DNA of 64,000 nucleotides from Malacoraja senta (taxonomy: Eukaryota): contig CM075977.1 of NCBI GenBank assembly GCA_038087875.1, positions 333,560,001-333,624,000 on the forward strand, read 5' to 3'. Positions within the stretch are counted from its first letter, which is position 1; each line of letters opens with the position of its first letter. Shown here in pieces: positions 48,420-61,983 of this stretch. The notes beneath the pieces are model-generated. The model made no database searches. It saw nothing but the letters and a program-made list of their open reading frames with translations, and had not been told where the DNA came from. Made by a program: the position numbers and the translations under genes.

Positions 48420-49416
48420 TATCCTACTGCTCTCTGTGTGGTAAATTATCACATTGTCGATAGAAACAATCCTGCTATTTTCCACTTTGAAATGCAACCG
48501 TTTGTGGTATTACCTTGCAGAATATTTAAGCTTTTAAAGTAGTTGGGGATGAAAATTAATAAAATATGCATGCATATTATGAAAGTTTAATTGTGGACTT
48601 CCTTTCACAAATTACCAGAAAAATGCTGGAATGCAATTTAATAAAATTTGACGAATTCACTTATCATGAAACAATTGTCTTAATCTTATTTTCTATGAAT
48701 TATAGCCATTTAATAAAACAGTGAATCATTTGACATACTTGGCAGATTTTGACAGTCCCTGCAAACTGCTCAGAGCCCACGTGACATTAAAAGTGGTTGA
48801 GTGAAAGCTCTGATTCTGCCCGTAGCTGTTCTTATGTTGTTGTTTCCCTAGTTGGTTGAGGTATTCACCTGGCTGATGCTTCATCAGTATATGTAAATCA
48901 TCATATAAGTAGTTAGATTGGATGCCAACGGCATTTTAACAGCTTGGAGTGTACGCTACGGAGGGCTTCTTGAGGTTCCACAAAGAAAATTTAGGCCAGT
49001 TTTGCACCAAGCTCACAATGAATGATCTCTTAGTCAACTGAGTTCCATCTGGGTGACATATTATGCAGCAAAATATTTCCGGTCAGAACCTGGCAAGTTA
49101 TTGAAGGTGAGGAGCTTTACAATGTGACTTGTCTGTTAAAATTTGACGGGAGAATTAAATAAAGTCTCACCATCATGAGATAATGTTTCTATTTTCTGGT
49201 CTAATTTTCAGTTTATTATACATCAGTTGTTTTGGGATGAGACCCCCGTCCTAATTTTCACTTGTAAAGATGATTGCGAGCCACCATTCTGAGCTGCTAT
49301 AGTTGTTTTGATGAGGGCACTTACTGTATGCCATGCTTTTGTGTAGAGATGTGGCTAACTGTGATAGTTTTCTCATGTGCTTGCTTATTTTGGTCTTCTT
49401 TGATTGAATAATTGAT

Positions 49417-49708
49417 TGAAAGATGCAGCATGGAAACAGGCTCTTTGGCCCCTTGATATCATGGCAACTGTCAGTCGCCCGTTCACACTCGTTCTGTGTT
49501 ATCCCACTTCCTCATCCTACACCCTAGGAGCGATTTATAGAGGTCAATTTACCTACAAATCTGCACGTCTTTGGGATGTGGGAGGAAACCAGAGTACCCG
49601 GAAGAAACCCATGTACAAACTCCACATGGACAACACCTGAGTTCAGGATCAATCCCGGATCTCTGGTGCTATAAGGTAACAGCTCTACTTGTGGCAACAC
49701 TGTGCTGC
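49417..49708 (-). mobile_element. V-SINE (HE1-like)
   Basis: Reverse complement matches the layout of 42503-42828. Confidence 0.85.
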
Positions 49709-49815
49709 TATTAGGGAACACTATTTGTATTACGAGGGATTGGTTAGTAGAGGTTGACAGATTGAGAAATGTTGTTAGAATAACCTAGGAGAATAACTGT
49801 GGTGTATGTCTGACA

Positions 49816-52800
49816 TTGGTAGTGGGGAAGATGCTTAAGTCGATTATTAAAGATGTAATAGCAGCGCATTTGGAAAGTAGTGACAGGATCGGTCAATGTC
49901 AGCATGGAATTATGAAGGGGAAATCATGCTTGTCTACTCTTCTGCAATTTTTTGAGGATGTAACAAGTAGAATGGATTTATTTTTTTTAATTTTTATTTT
50001 ATTAGAAGTAAGTACAATTGTATACAATCATATTTTCATAATACCTTTTATGTACAGCTTCTTATTTAAATTTTTTTTTGAAATAAAGAAGAAAAAGAAA
50101 AAAGTTAGATAATGAAAAATAGAAAAATGTGAGATATATAGTGTGTGAAAAAGAAAAATAAAGAATGAAAAAAGAAAGTTGAGACATAGAAAATAGAAGA
50201 AAGAGAATAAAAGAAAAGAAGAGAAGAAAAGAAAATAGAAGGAGATCATTTATAATCTTGACCATCCGCAGTCACGGATTAGCTTTTACACCTGTTTTGC
50301 ACCATACGTTTCCAAAAAGACGACAAATGGAGACCAACTCGTTATGAATTGGTCAAATTTATCTATTAGGAGGAATCGCATTTCCTCAAGATGTGCGGTA
50401 TCCAACATACTTGCAATCCACATTTTGAGCGTTGGTATTGGTGTATTTTTCCAAAATTTCAATATTAATTTTTTTGCTATTATTAAACCATAATTAAAAA
50501 TTGACTTTTGAGATGAGCTCAATTTGTTCCCGTCTTCCATTACCCCAAATATAATCAATTCATTATTGGGTTCCATTTTTGTCTTAAATAGTTTTGTAAA
50601 TATTTCAAAAATATCACTCCAAAATCCATGAAGTTTTATGCAAGAAACAAAAGAGTGTGTTATAGTTGCTTCTTGGGTTAAACATTTATCGCAAATGGGC
50701 GATATATTTGGATAAAATTTATTTAATCTTGTTTTTGAGTAATATAATCTATGTAAAATTTTAAATTGGATTAGATTATGTCTTGCGTTAATCGAACACT
50801 TGTGAATGTATGTCAAATACTTTTCCCATGTAGCCTTCGTAATTTTTATCAATAATTCCCGTTCCCACTCTTCTCTAATTACCTCGGTCACAGGTAAATC
50901 TATATTTAAGATACTATTATATAAATATGATATTAATTTTTGTGTATCAGCTTTTATATTCATTACTTCTTCTAGTAAATCAGGAGTTATTTTTTGATAT
51001 CCCTGTATGTATGTCTTCAAAAAATTACAAATCTGAAAATATTTAAAATAATGAGTGTTTTTCAGTTTAAATTTTAATTGTAATTGTTGAAATGATAATA
51101 AATCTCCCATTTCATACATATCACCGATCCTTTTAATTCCTAAACTTTCCCATTGATTATATATTTTATCCATCATAGATGGTTTAAATAAAGGATTATT
51201 CGCTATCGGTGTTAACAATGATAGGTTTCTTAATTTTAAGGATAGTTTTATTGTTTCCATATTCTTATTGTATCTTGTATAATTGGGTTTTTCTTATATA
51301 TTGTATTGTTCATTTTTTTCGGGGAGAAGAGGATTGTTCCTATATTACAAGGATAACAATCCTCTTTCTCCATTTTTATCCATTCTGTCTGTTGAGTTGA
51401 ACTATCCAACCAGTAACTTATATTCTTAATATGTATTGCCCAATAGTAATACAAAAAATTAGGGAGTGAAAGTCCCCCGACATCTTTTGGTTTACATAAG
51501 TGTTCTTTTATAATTCTATGTGATTTGTAATCCCAAACAAAATTAGTAATATTAGCGTTCAGTTTAGAAAAAAAATATTTTGGTACATATACTGGTATAG
51601 ATTGAAATAGGTATAATAACTGTGGTAGGAAGCTCATTTTAATAGCATTTATTCTGCATATTAATGATAAAGGGAGTGTTTTCCAAAATTTTATCATTAT
51701 ATTAAGTTTATTTATTAAGGGTATAAAATTAGCATTGAATAAAGCTTTATGTTTTCTAGTAATCTGTATACCCAGATATTTGAATTTTTCTGTTGCTATT
51801 TTAAAGGGGAATTTCAATAAGTGTGTGGATTCTTGAGGTTTTAACGTCATAATTTCACTTTTGTTCCAGTCTATTCTATATCCTGAAAAGGACCCAAATT
51901 CCTCTATTAAATTTAATAAATTTGGTATGCTCGTTTGTGAATTTGTTATATATAACAAAATATCGTCTGCATACAATGAAATTTTATTATTTGAGTCCCT
52001 AATATTATAACCCTGAATATTCGGATGGCTTCTTATACTTTCAGCCAGAGGTTCTATCATAAGGGCAAATAGCAGGGGTGATAAAGCACATCCCTGCCTA
52101 TTACCCCTTGATAATTGAATTTTTTGAGATAACATGCTGTTAGTTAATATTCTTGCCATCGGTTTATCATATAATAATTTCACCCATGCAATAAAATTCT
52201 CTCCCATATTAAATTTTTGTAATACTATGTATAAATACAGCCATTCTACCTGATCAAATGCTTTCTCTGCGTCCAAAGAAATAATTGCTAAGTCTTTTTC
52301 TTCCTTTTTATGTGAGTACATTATATTAAACAGGCGTCTTAAATTATTAAATGAATATCTTTTGGGTATAAACCCCGTTTGATCAGGGTTTATCAATTTA
52401 CTAATATATTTGCTTAGTCTTCTAGCTAAAGTCTTTGCTAGAATTTTCTGGTCGGTATTTAAAAGTGATATAGCTCTATATGAGCCCGGTTCCTCTAGAT
52501 CTTTATCTTTCTTTGGAATAAGCATAATTGTTGATTCTGCTAATGTTTCAGGTAATTTATTTTCTTTAAAAACGTGAGTATATAAATTAAATAGATAGGG
52601 GGTCGTTATCTCATGAAACTTTTTATAAAATTCATTACTAAAACCATCTGGTCCCGGTGTCTTACCATTTTTCAGCAATTTTATTGTTTCACCTATTTCT
52701 TCGATTGTAATTTGCGCTCCTAGTTCTTCTTGTTCCAAAAGGTCACGTTTTGGTAGATTACATTTATCTAAAAAGTTTGTAATTTTACTATCTTCTGTTT

Positions 52801-54200
52801 TGGTTTTTGATGTGTATAAATTCTGATAAAATTGAACAAATCTTTTATTGATATCTTTAGGTAGTGTTAGTAATTCACCATTCTCGGATTTAATTTTATT
52901 TATAGTATTTTCCTTTTCCTGTTTTTTCAATTGACGCGCCAACAGCTTATGTGGTTTGTCACCAAACTCAAAATGTTCCTGTTTTGTAATTTGGAATAAT
53001 CTTATTACTCTTGCCGAGAGAATTACAAGTAGAATGGATAAGGGAGAGCCAGTGGATGTGGTGTATCTGGACTTTCAAAAAGCCTTTGACAAGGTTCCAC
53101 ACACGAGATTAGTGTGCAAAATTAGAGCACATGGTATTGACATGGATAGAGAACTGGTTGGCAGACTGGAAGCAAAGGTCCTTTTCAGAATGGCAGGCAG
53201 TGACTAGTGGGGTGCCGCAAGGCTCAGTGCCAGGACACAAGATATTTACAATACTGTATATATATATTAACGATTTAGACGAAGGAATTAAATGTAACAT
53301 CTCCAAGTTTGCTGATGACACAGAGCTGGGTGGCAGTGTGAGCTGCGAGGAGGATGTTATGAGGCTGCAGGGTGACCTGCATAGGTTGGGAGAGTGGGCA
53401 GATGCATGGCAGATGCAGTATAATGTGGATAAATGTGAGGTTATCCAATTTGGTGGCAAGAACAAGAAGGCAGATTAGGAAAAGGGGAGGTGCAACGAAT
53501 CCTGGGAGTGCTTGTACATCAGTCACTGAAAGTATGCATGCAGGTACAGCAGGCAGTGAAAACAGCAACTGGCATGTTGGCCTTCATAACGAGAGGATTT
53601 GAGTATAGGAGCAAGGAGGTCCTACTGCAGTTGTACAGGGCCCTGGTGAGACCGCACCTGGAGTATTGTGTGCAGTTTTGATCTCCTAATTTGAGGGAGT
53701 GCAGCGTAGGTTCACCAGGTTAATTCCCGTGATGGCGGGACTGACATATGATGAAAGAATGGATTGACTAGGTTTGTATTCACTTGAATTTAGAAGGATG
53801 CGAAGGAATATTATAGAAACATATAAAATTCTAGATAGATGTAGGAAAATGTTCCTGATGTTGAGGGAGTCTAGAACTAGGGGTCACAGTTTAAGAATAC
53901 AGGGTAGGCCATTTAGAACTGAGATGAGGAAAAACCTTTTCACCCAGAGAGTTGTGAAACAGTGGAATTCTCAGCCACAGAAGGCAGTGGAGGCCAATTC
54001 ACTGGATGTTTTCAAGAGAGAGTTGGATATAGCGCTTAGGACTAACGGAATCAAGGGATGTGGGGAGAAAGCAGGAACGGGGTACTGATTTTGGATGATC
54101 AGCCATGAACATATTGAATGGCGGTGCAGGCTGGAAGGGCCGAATGGTCTACTCCTGCACCTATATTCATTTAATCATTCTATGTTTCTGTGAATCTATG
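49816..54200 (+). mobile_element. CR1 LINE (RT to tail), split by an L1 insertion
   Basis: QHGIMKGKSCL..FEDVTSRMD|KGEPVDVVYLDFQKAFDKVPH, GVPQGSV, SKFADDT, VRPHLEYCVQF and CR1 tail. Confidence 0.93.
49978..53024 (-). mobile_element. 5'-truncated L1-clade LINE with complete RT domain
   Basis: ORFs 51248-52942 and 50286-51260 (one frameshift): KTPGPDGF, SLDAEKAFD, RQGCALSPLLF, LYADD, KYLGI, CDKC..H..C; 15-bp TSD ACAAGTAGAATGGAT at 49963-49977 and 53025-53039. Confidence 0.96.
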
Positions 54201-54600
54201 TATGTTGTAGCTGGTACAGAATTTTGATGATGGAGTACTCAGCAATGATAATGCCATTGAACATCGTGGTTAGACTCATTTCGCTGAAGATGTTCATTGT
54301 TTGGCACATTTGTGATAAAAAATTAATTACCACTTATCAGCTCATGCTTGATCGTTATCCAAGTCTTGCTGCATCCCTTATGATGAAAAGTAGCTGAAGA
54401 TGGTTAGACCACAGACAGTGCCCTGAGGAATTCCTGCAGGCATGACCTGGGGCTGGGATGAATGCATTCCCAAAAGCACAATATTTTTTTTCTTTGAACA
54501 AGGTATGACTCATCTTTGGGGTATTGTCCCTTTGATGCACATTAACTGCAGTTTTACCAGTGTCCCTTGATACTACACTGGGTCAAATGCTGATTTGGAC

Positions 54601-55332
54601 TTGAAAATCTTGAACTTCTACAGGTGTACAGTGGAGAGCATATTTACTGGTTGCATCACGGCCTGATTCGGCAACTCGAATGCCCAGGAGCGAAGAGGAT
54701 TGCAAAAAGTTTTGAAAACTGCCCAGTCCATCACTGGCTCTGACCTCCCCATCATCGAAGGGATTTACCGGAATTGCTTCTTCAAAAAGTCAGCCAGCAT
54801 CGTCAGAGACCCACACCATCCTGGCCGCACACTCACTTCACTCCTGCCATCAGGAAGAATGTACAGGAGCCTGAAAACTGTAACGTCCAGGTTCAGGAAC
54901 AACTTCTTCCCTTCAGCCATTCAGCTATTAAACAATACAACCTCAAATAAGCTCTGAACTACATAGACTATTATTATTATTATTGCACTATTNNNNNNNN
55001 NNNNNNNNNNNNNNNNNNNNNNNNNNNNNNNNNNNNNNNNNNNNNNNNNNNNNNNNNNNNNNNNNNNNNNNNNNNNNNNNNNNNNNNNNNNNNNNNNNNN
55101 NNNNNNNNNNNNNNNNNNNNNNNNNNNNNTGTGCATTTGTGACTATGTGTATATATTCGCACACTGAACTTTTTATTTCCCCTTGTTTCTTCAGTAGGCT
55201 CTCAGGCACAGTTTATAAGCTCTCAGCTTATATCGTTTACAGTGTACTATGTTTACATATTCTGTTGTGCTGCTGCAAGTAAGAATTTCATTGTTCTATC
55301 TGGGACACATGACAATAAAACACTCTTGACTT
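54601..55332 (+). mobile_element. Rex1/Babar LINE 3' part (contains N run 54993-55129)
   Basis: LNFYRCTVESIFTGCITA..LQKV..DPHHPG..LLPSGRMYRS..FRNNFFPSAI; tail AATTTCAT..GACAATAAA. Confidence 0.92.
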
Positions 55333-55643
55333 TTGATGTCGCGGGTCCATCCTTTCAACTCATTTGTGAAATTCAATTCTTTGGCTCATGTTTTGACTAA
55401 GGCTGTGATGAGGCCTTGAGCTGAGTGGTCCTGATGAAACCTAAATTACACATCGATGACCGGAATATGGGAGAGCAATACCATTTGATAGCATTGTTGA
55501 CAACATTTTGTGAACGGAACATATCTGGGTAAATTTCCATGCAGTCAGGTCAATGCCAATGCTGTAGCTATTCTGGAATAGCTTGGATAGAGGTGTGGCC
55601 AGTTCTGGACTGCTAATCTTGAGTATAACAACCAGGATGTTGA

Positions 55644-56423
55644 TGGGCCTGTCCCACTTAGGCGATTTTTCAGCAGTCGCGTGAAATTAAACCGGCAACT
55701 GGAACGGCGACTGTCAGAGTGGAACACACACACACACACACACACAAACACATCGCTTCCTTCACCAGCCCGTTATGCAGGCGGGGGACAGGGCAAGCGG
55801 GGGGAGTGCTGTTTAAAAAATTCACACGGTGCAAAGCCAAGGTGAAACAGACACACACCGCGATGAACAGGAAGGTTGGCGCTGTAAAAAGCCGGCTAAA
55901 GCACAGTGTACTGTAAGTCCTTTAAAAGAGTGGGGGAAGAGGGGGGAGAAGGGGGAAGAAGGAGTGGAGACAAATTTTAAGAAGCCAGAGATACACTGCT
56001 GTGAAGCTCGGCGGACATTAACATTAACGGTCGGTATCCTTCGTTCTGAAAACCACTGCTTACCTTTTTTTCCCCCTATGAGCCAATGAAATTCACCGGT
56101 CAGCACCGGCTACAACCTACGAGAACCTCCAAGAACCTTTGACCTCCTGGCAACCCATTAGGACCTCCTGGCGACCCATCTACGGCTTGAGAATTTTCGC
56201 TACTCTCCATGGCGGCTTCATTCTAGTCGCCGCTAATTTTTCAACATGTTGAAAAATTCACGATGCCATAATGAGGCCGCGACTAGTTCCCAGAATGCGG
56301 GAACTCCTCACGACCATGAAGGCGACTCCCCGGAAACCCCCACCCGCGAACATATGGCGACCATGTGGCGACTGCATAGTCTCCTGCAGTCGCCTAAAGA
56401 GTCACCTAAGTGGGACGGGCCCA
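55644..56423. mobile_element. MITE, probably PIF/Harbinger
   Basis: TIRs TGGGCCTGTCCCACTTAGGCGA and TCACCTAAGTGGGACGGGCCCA; flanks TGA and TTA (imperfect TWA TSD); no transposase. Confidence 0.8.
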
Positions 56424-56479
56424 TTAGGTTCCAAAGCCGTTGTTGCACCCAGTACCCTCAGTTGATACTTGACGTCTCC

Positions 56480-56938
56480 AGTGGGCCGCTGTGGCAGACG
56501 CCTCCCGACAGGCCGCAAAATAGCCGAGGCCGGAACCCCCGCGGGTCGGAGCCCACGGCTGGTGGTGTCAGCAAAGCCCACGGCCGAGGTTGGGGTCCGT
56601 GTGCCGTGAGTCAACGGAGCCTGGGTCGGCAGAGAAGACCTGGCCGCTATAGTGGGGAGGTCGGTGCGGCAGGCGGTGATGGCACAGCCCGACCGACGGA
56701 CGAGGACGGACCATGTGGAAGTGAGCTGAGGGAATGAATAAAGGAGGACCTGGCGTGGGGGAGCCGCCATGAGGGAGGGGGTGGGGGAGAAAACAAAGGG
56801 GGACCTGGTGCGGATACTCTGTCACTTTGTCAGTGCCCTTTACGGGTGACTATTTGCATACCTTGGATATGCAAGCAAAGAATTTCACTGTGACTTGTCA
56901 CATGTGACAATAAAGTAATCATTCATTAATTTATTCAT
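56480..56938 (+). mobile_element. GC-rich non-coding retroposon with Rex1-type tail
   Basis: CpG-rich body; ends GAATTTCACTGTGACTTGTCACATGTGACAATAAA then (ATTC)n-like. Confidence 0.7.
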
Positions 56939-57194
56939 ATCAAGTGGAATGAATTGAACTCTTTTGAAAGCTAGGTCTTTTCAATTAGGGCATTCCAGGA
57001 AGAAACTGGAATGATTACTTATTTTTTCTGGAAAAACATTGTTTCAGTCTTTATCACTCACACACAGTGCATTACCATTATTGTAAAGGGGAATGTTCTT
57101 AGAAATGTATTTTATTCTTTTAGCTGATTAATTCTCTATCAATATTCATGATAAAATGAGGCAAGATGCAAAATTTTGATCTGATCTGCTTGTA

Positions 57195-57520
57195 AACAAC
57201 CTTCCACCATCACCATCTACTTCCTGCCACAAAGCCAATTTTCTATCCAGTCAGTTAGCTCTCCTTGGATCCCATGCGATCTAACCTTCCAGAGCAGCCT
57301 ACCATGCGGAACTTTGTCAAATGATATTTCGTTCAAGCCTCGGTTTGAATGACAATAAATAGCATTCTATTCTAAATGCCTTGCTGAAATCCATATATAC
57401 AACATCTGCAAAATCTGCCCTCATCAACCTCTTGGTTACATCTTCAAAATCAGATTTGTGAGACTTGATCTCCCATGTACAAAACCGTGCTGACTATCCC
57501 TAATCAGCCCATCACCACCT
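57195..57520 (-). mobile_element. CR1 RT fragment
   Basis: DVVYMDFSKAF|DKVPHGRLLWKVRSHGIQGEL..WIENWL. Confidence 0.88.
57324..57373 (+). mobile_element. 50-bp Rex1-type tail-only insertion
   Basis: TSD AAATG at 57319-57323 and 57374-57378; hairpin, GACAATAAA and (ATTCT)2. Confidence 0.8.
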
Positions 57521-57624
57521 AAATGATGATGATGAAGTCAAGTTAGGTTATCCCTCATGTTGGTTCGCTCACTGTGCATCTGCTACTGTCCTTAACGACT
57601 TTGCTCGCATTTGATGCTGTTTAA

Positions 57625-57877
57625 AACTGTTATCAAGCAACCGAATGGTCTTCTCATCACTAGAATGCAGTCCTGACTTCCCATCAACCTCATCGGAGAT
57701 ATTTGAACTATCCGTAATCTGACCTTATTGGACCTCAACGTTATATCTTGCACTAGATGTTGTACCCTTTATCCTTATCTGTGCACTGTGGATGTTTTGA
57801 ATATATTCAGGTATAATCGTATTGACTGGATCGCATGCAAACAAATCTTTTCACTGTACCTCGGATCATGTGACAAT
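57625..57877 (+). mobile_element. Rex1-type 3'UTR fragment
   Basis: Ends TTTTCACTGTACCTCGGATCATGTGACAAT; a related minus-strand tail lies at ~43195-43300. Confidence 0.65.
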
Positions 57878-60019
57878 GTTTCTGTTTATTGTCGGCAGTC
57901 ATCTTAAAAATTTATCAACATATTGGGGCAGATGTTTTTGCTGAAATCTGCCTGGGTATTGGGCATAAAACCATAAATGGGCTACCCCTGAGTGAAAGCT
58001 GAAGGCTTCCACTCAGTGGAAACCTGGTCCCAGAATAGCTGAGCTGCAGTGGTGCTTCTCATGGAATCCACTGGTGCAGAGCCAACTTCTACAGATCTCC
58101 CTGGTCCCGGACTGGGAAGTCGGCCCACTGAGTAAGTGTCATTTACATCTAGTGCAAGTACAGTGATCTCATTAAATTGATTGGGAGAAATGGATTACTG
58201 GAAGTTGAGGTGAGCTTTTCATTTTCTTTAATTGAATTATTTAATGTTTTTAATTGTTATGCTTTTAATCATTTAGCTTCCAATTTTTAAAAATAATTTA
58301 AAAGTTTCAAGACTTTTTTTGAAATAGGGTGAAGCTGATTTTGATAGTCAAAAACCCATGTAATCACTCAAAAAACATGACAGCTTTGGGAGTTGGTGAG
58401 ATGTAGTGTAGAGCCTCACCGGCTGTCAGAGATGTCCTGTCAACAGGGCCAGCCTACTCCATGTGGAGGGGCCCTGGTTTACACAGCTCCATACTGCTCC
58501 TCTCTGAGGAACTGGAAGCCTGGCAGAAGCAGATGAACACACTTGGACGTGGTAGCGAGTCTGGGTTGAAGCCTACTGAAGGAAAATTTGTGGTCTGAGG
58601 CAGTCAGCCAGTGATCTTAAGTCAGTGGAAGATCAACACTTAAAACTCTGTTACCTTTCTGTCCTGGCAATATCGGCTGGTAAATTTTGAACCTCATCCA
58701 GGTCTGTATGTTGTTTTTGTTTGTCCAGACAAGCATGATATAATTAATAGTAGTTTTGTTTTATTTATTTTCTTATACGTTTAATTTATTTATTCCATTC
58801 CTCCTTTCACATGACTTCTGTGATTGCTTCCAGACTTTGTTTCACTACCTCTCATGCTTTTTATTCTTACTTCTGTTTCCTAGTATCAATTTTTCTTTAA
58901 TTGTCCTCAATCAAAACTTAGTTTCCTGGGTATTGGGAGGGCACTATATTTATGTTCACTCAGCGTAGTAGTGATAGATAAAGCTGAAGGTGGCAAAAGG
59001 AAAGGTAAAAGTTTGTGTAGTCAAGGATTGCGTGCAAATGACTTGTTTAATACGGATGCAGGGCAGAGAAGGAATTGAAATATAAGCTGCAGGGGAAGAT
59101 GGAATAGAAAAGAGATACAATGAGCCCAAGATGCCTTCAGAAGTAATATGCAAAGAAATCAGTAGAGATTCATTTTCAGTCACTTGCATTTAATGCACAT
59201 ATTGTTGTTGCTGTGTGTTTTAGCTTCTGACATTCAGTTCAGCTGAAATCAATGGCACTGAATTTTGGAAATGGAGTACAAGATGCAGTCTTCATAGTAT
59301 ACATGCAAATTCAGTGCTTGCGACTGAGGCTAACACTCTATCCCACGTCATACACAAAGTGTGCACCATTCATTTCACACTTAAAAGTTAAAAATAAAGA
59401 AAAATCAAGTTAGAGGAGGAGGTGAATGATTCAAAAGAGGAACAAGAGGAGCTATACATCAATACAGATGTAAATAATGGAGGGACCAAAGGCTCAGATG
59501 TATCCTGAATAAGGGCATGGCAGATTCACCAGAACTTAAGAGATTGGAATATGTGTGAGACACTATGGTGGTCACAGGCTTCACGGATGTCAATATCAGA
59601 CTGGAATACAAAAACTGCAGGAAATGTGTGCATAGAAAGACAAAACTACCATGTTAAAGTCTTCCCTTTTGGCCTGATGCCCGGAAAATGACAAACTGCA
59701 AGTGGAAATCAGCAATTACCTTTGGAACTATTGCGATAAGTTTGACTTTTAACCCTTCATTAAAAAAAAGTAAGTTCTGACTTTCATTTTAAAGGCTTGA
59801 TGGTAGATTTTTTTTTTTTAATCTAGCATTTGTATTCTATGATTCGCACTAAAGTTTGCACCAAAGTTGTTCATTTGCCTTCTTAAATCATTGATACTCA
59901 GATTTTGGAGAGAACAGCTTTCTTTCTCAGAGAGGAAGTGCCTCTTGTGATGGCTGTTAATTTTAGTCTTATTTCATTGACTGTAATTTCCAATTTATGC
60001 AAGACTTGATTTTATCAAC

Positions 60020-60368
60020 TTCCAGGCCATTTAGCCCATCATATCCATGCCTTGCTCATAACAGACTGAATCCCATCTATTCTCTTTCCTTCTTCCCCTG
60101 CAGCTCTGCATCTTATTTTCACTCACCTGCCCATCAATTCCCCTTTGGTTCATTTTGCCTCTTACCTACACTAAGGGTTAATTTACTGCAGCCAATTAAT
60201 CTACTGGCACAGCTTATGAACAAAGGAGGAAACAAGGGCACCTGTCAGAAATGATTGTGGCCGCAGGGAGAACACACATACTCCAGACAGACTGAACTCA
60301 AGCTCAGGATTGAACCCGGATCTTGGGCAATGAGACTGCAGCACTGACTCCTGCACAACGGCAGCACC
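60020..60368 (-). mobile_element. Diverged tRNA-derived SINE
   Basis: B box on minus strand (GGATTGAACCCGG on plus), V-core remnant and CR1-like tail. Confidence 0.7.
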
Positions 60369-61127
60369 TCAAACTTTTCTAATTTGACAGTTCATGACAT
60401 GTACAAATTTGTTTAGTCCAATATTCATGTAAGAGTTTTGACTGTGACTGCATGTATTGCTCTTAGTAGATAAGAACATAAGGAATAGAGAAGGAATAGA
60501 CAATTTGACACCTTTAGACTATTCAGCCATTTAGTGAGATCTGATGTCTGACATACTGTAACTTTACTTTCCTGGCCATAAAACTCGCGATTTATGTGTC
60601 CAAGGGTCCACGTTGGCCTTGAATGTAATTAATGACTTAGCATGCACAGTTCCCAGGGGTTGGGAATTCCAAATATTCATAATTCCTTGGGAGAAGAAAT
60701 GTTGACCCCTGGTCAGGATGTGTGAATTCATTGTTGGATTCTAGATCTCCATGATCTGGATGAGTTGGAAGTTTATTTATATTATGTAGATACTTTAATG
60801 TAACAAGGGCATATTTTCTGTTGTATACAGTCTATAATACCGACAATGATCTATTTCATAAGCTACTCACCTGTTTTATGCCACACATGTTCTTGTAATC
60901 GGCTAGAATATAATATTTGTGAGAAACTTATTTAAACATGGAGCAACAGCAATATACGAACATAATAGCAATTTTCTGATTTTTCTCACCAATAGTGAGA
61001 GTTGTGTTCAGTTTGGTTAGACAGATCAGCTCCATTTATTGAGAGCCATCTCTAGTTGAAGGCAGACCCGATGTTGAAATGTAACCTTGGCTTCACTGCA
61101 CTAAAACAGCCTTTGGACGTTCGAAGA

Positions 61128-61983
61128 CAGAGTCATCGAGTCATTCAGCATAGACTAGACCTTAAATTGTCCATCCCAACCAGCATGTATGTATGTGCAA
61201 GTCCCTTTTGCCTGTGTTTGGTCCATATTTTAATAAACTGTTTCTCTCCATGTATATGTCCAAATGCCTTTTAGGCATTGTAATTGTATCCACTACAGCT
61301 TCCTCTGATGGCTAATTATACAGGTATATACCTGCTACCCTCTATGAAAACCCTCAGATCCCTTTTAAAATCTTTAACTTTTCACCTCAAATCTATGCCC
61401 TCTTGTTTTGGACTCCCCTACCCTGGCAAATGACTTAATAATCTTTATGTCACCCCTCCATCTCCTACACTACAGGAAAAACTGTCCCAGCCTATCCAAC
61501 CTCGTTATAACTCAAGTTCTCCAGTCCATGTAATATCCTTGTGAATCTTTTCCGTGACCTTTCCAGCTTGATTACATTCTTCCTATAGCTGGTCAACCAG
61601 AACAGTACACAATACCTGAGTGTGGTCTGACCAATGTATGATTGTAACATGACACCCTAACTCCTGGATTTACTACGCTGACTAATGTCGGTAAATGTGC
61701 CTCATGCCCTCTTCACGATTCTGTCTACCATTGTCGCCACTTTCATGAGACTATGTAACTGTGCCCCCAGATCTCTCTGTTGTACACACTCTTGGGAATC
61801 CTATCTTTTACTGGGTTAGTACTGCTCTGGTTTAACTGACCAAAATGCATCAACTTACATTTGTCTGAGTTAAATTATGTCTACCATTCCTTGGCCCACT
61901 ACCCCAGTTCATCTGTTGTAATCTTAGATAACCATTTTCTTTGACCACCACCCCACCAATTTTGGTGTCATATGCAAACTTAC
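61128..61983 (-). mobile_element. Old CR1 LINE 3' part
   Basis: Minus strand KFAYDTKIGGVV and VRPHSGIVYCSG (decayed VRPHLEYC), tail near 61130. Confidence 0.8.

Larger units (their letters stand above)
54240..57170 (-). mobile_element. Ancient non-LTR RT remnant hosting three later insertions
   Basis: Decayed LITALV..KELN..DI(K)|SAFDxV motif rejoined across the Rex1 insert, plus a GIPQG-like segment near 54420; boundaries approximate. Confidence 0.5.

Noticed and set aside
56246-56825. ORFs of 85-163 aa across the MITE and GC-rich element
   Set aside because: They cross element junctions and show no transposase or other domain
58095-58131. Possible micro-exon (CTACAG|...TGA|GTAAGT)
   Set aside because: 37 nt, no supporting frame, and lies in what looks like an ancient repeat
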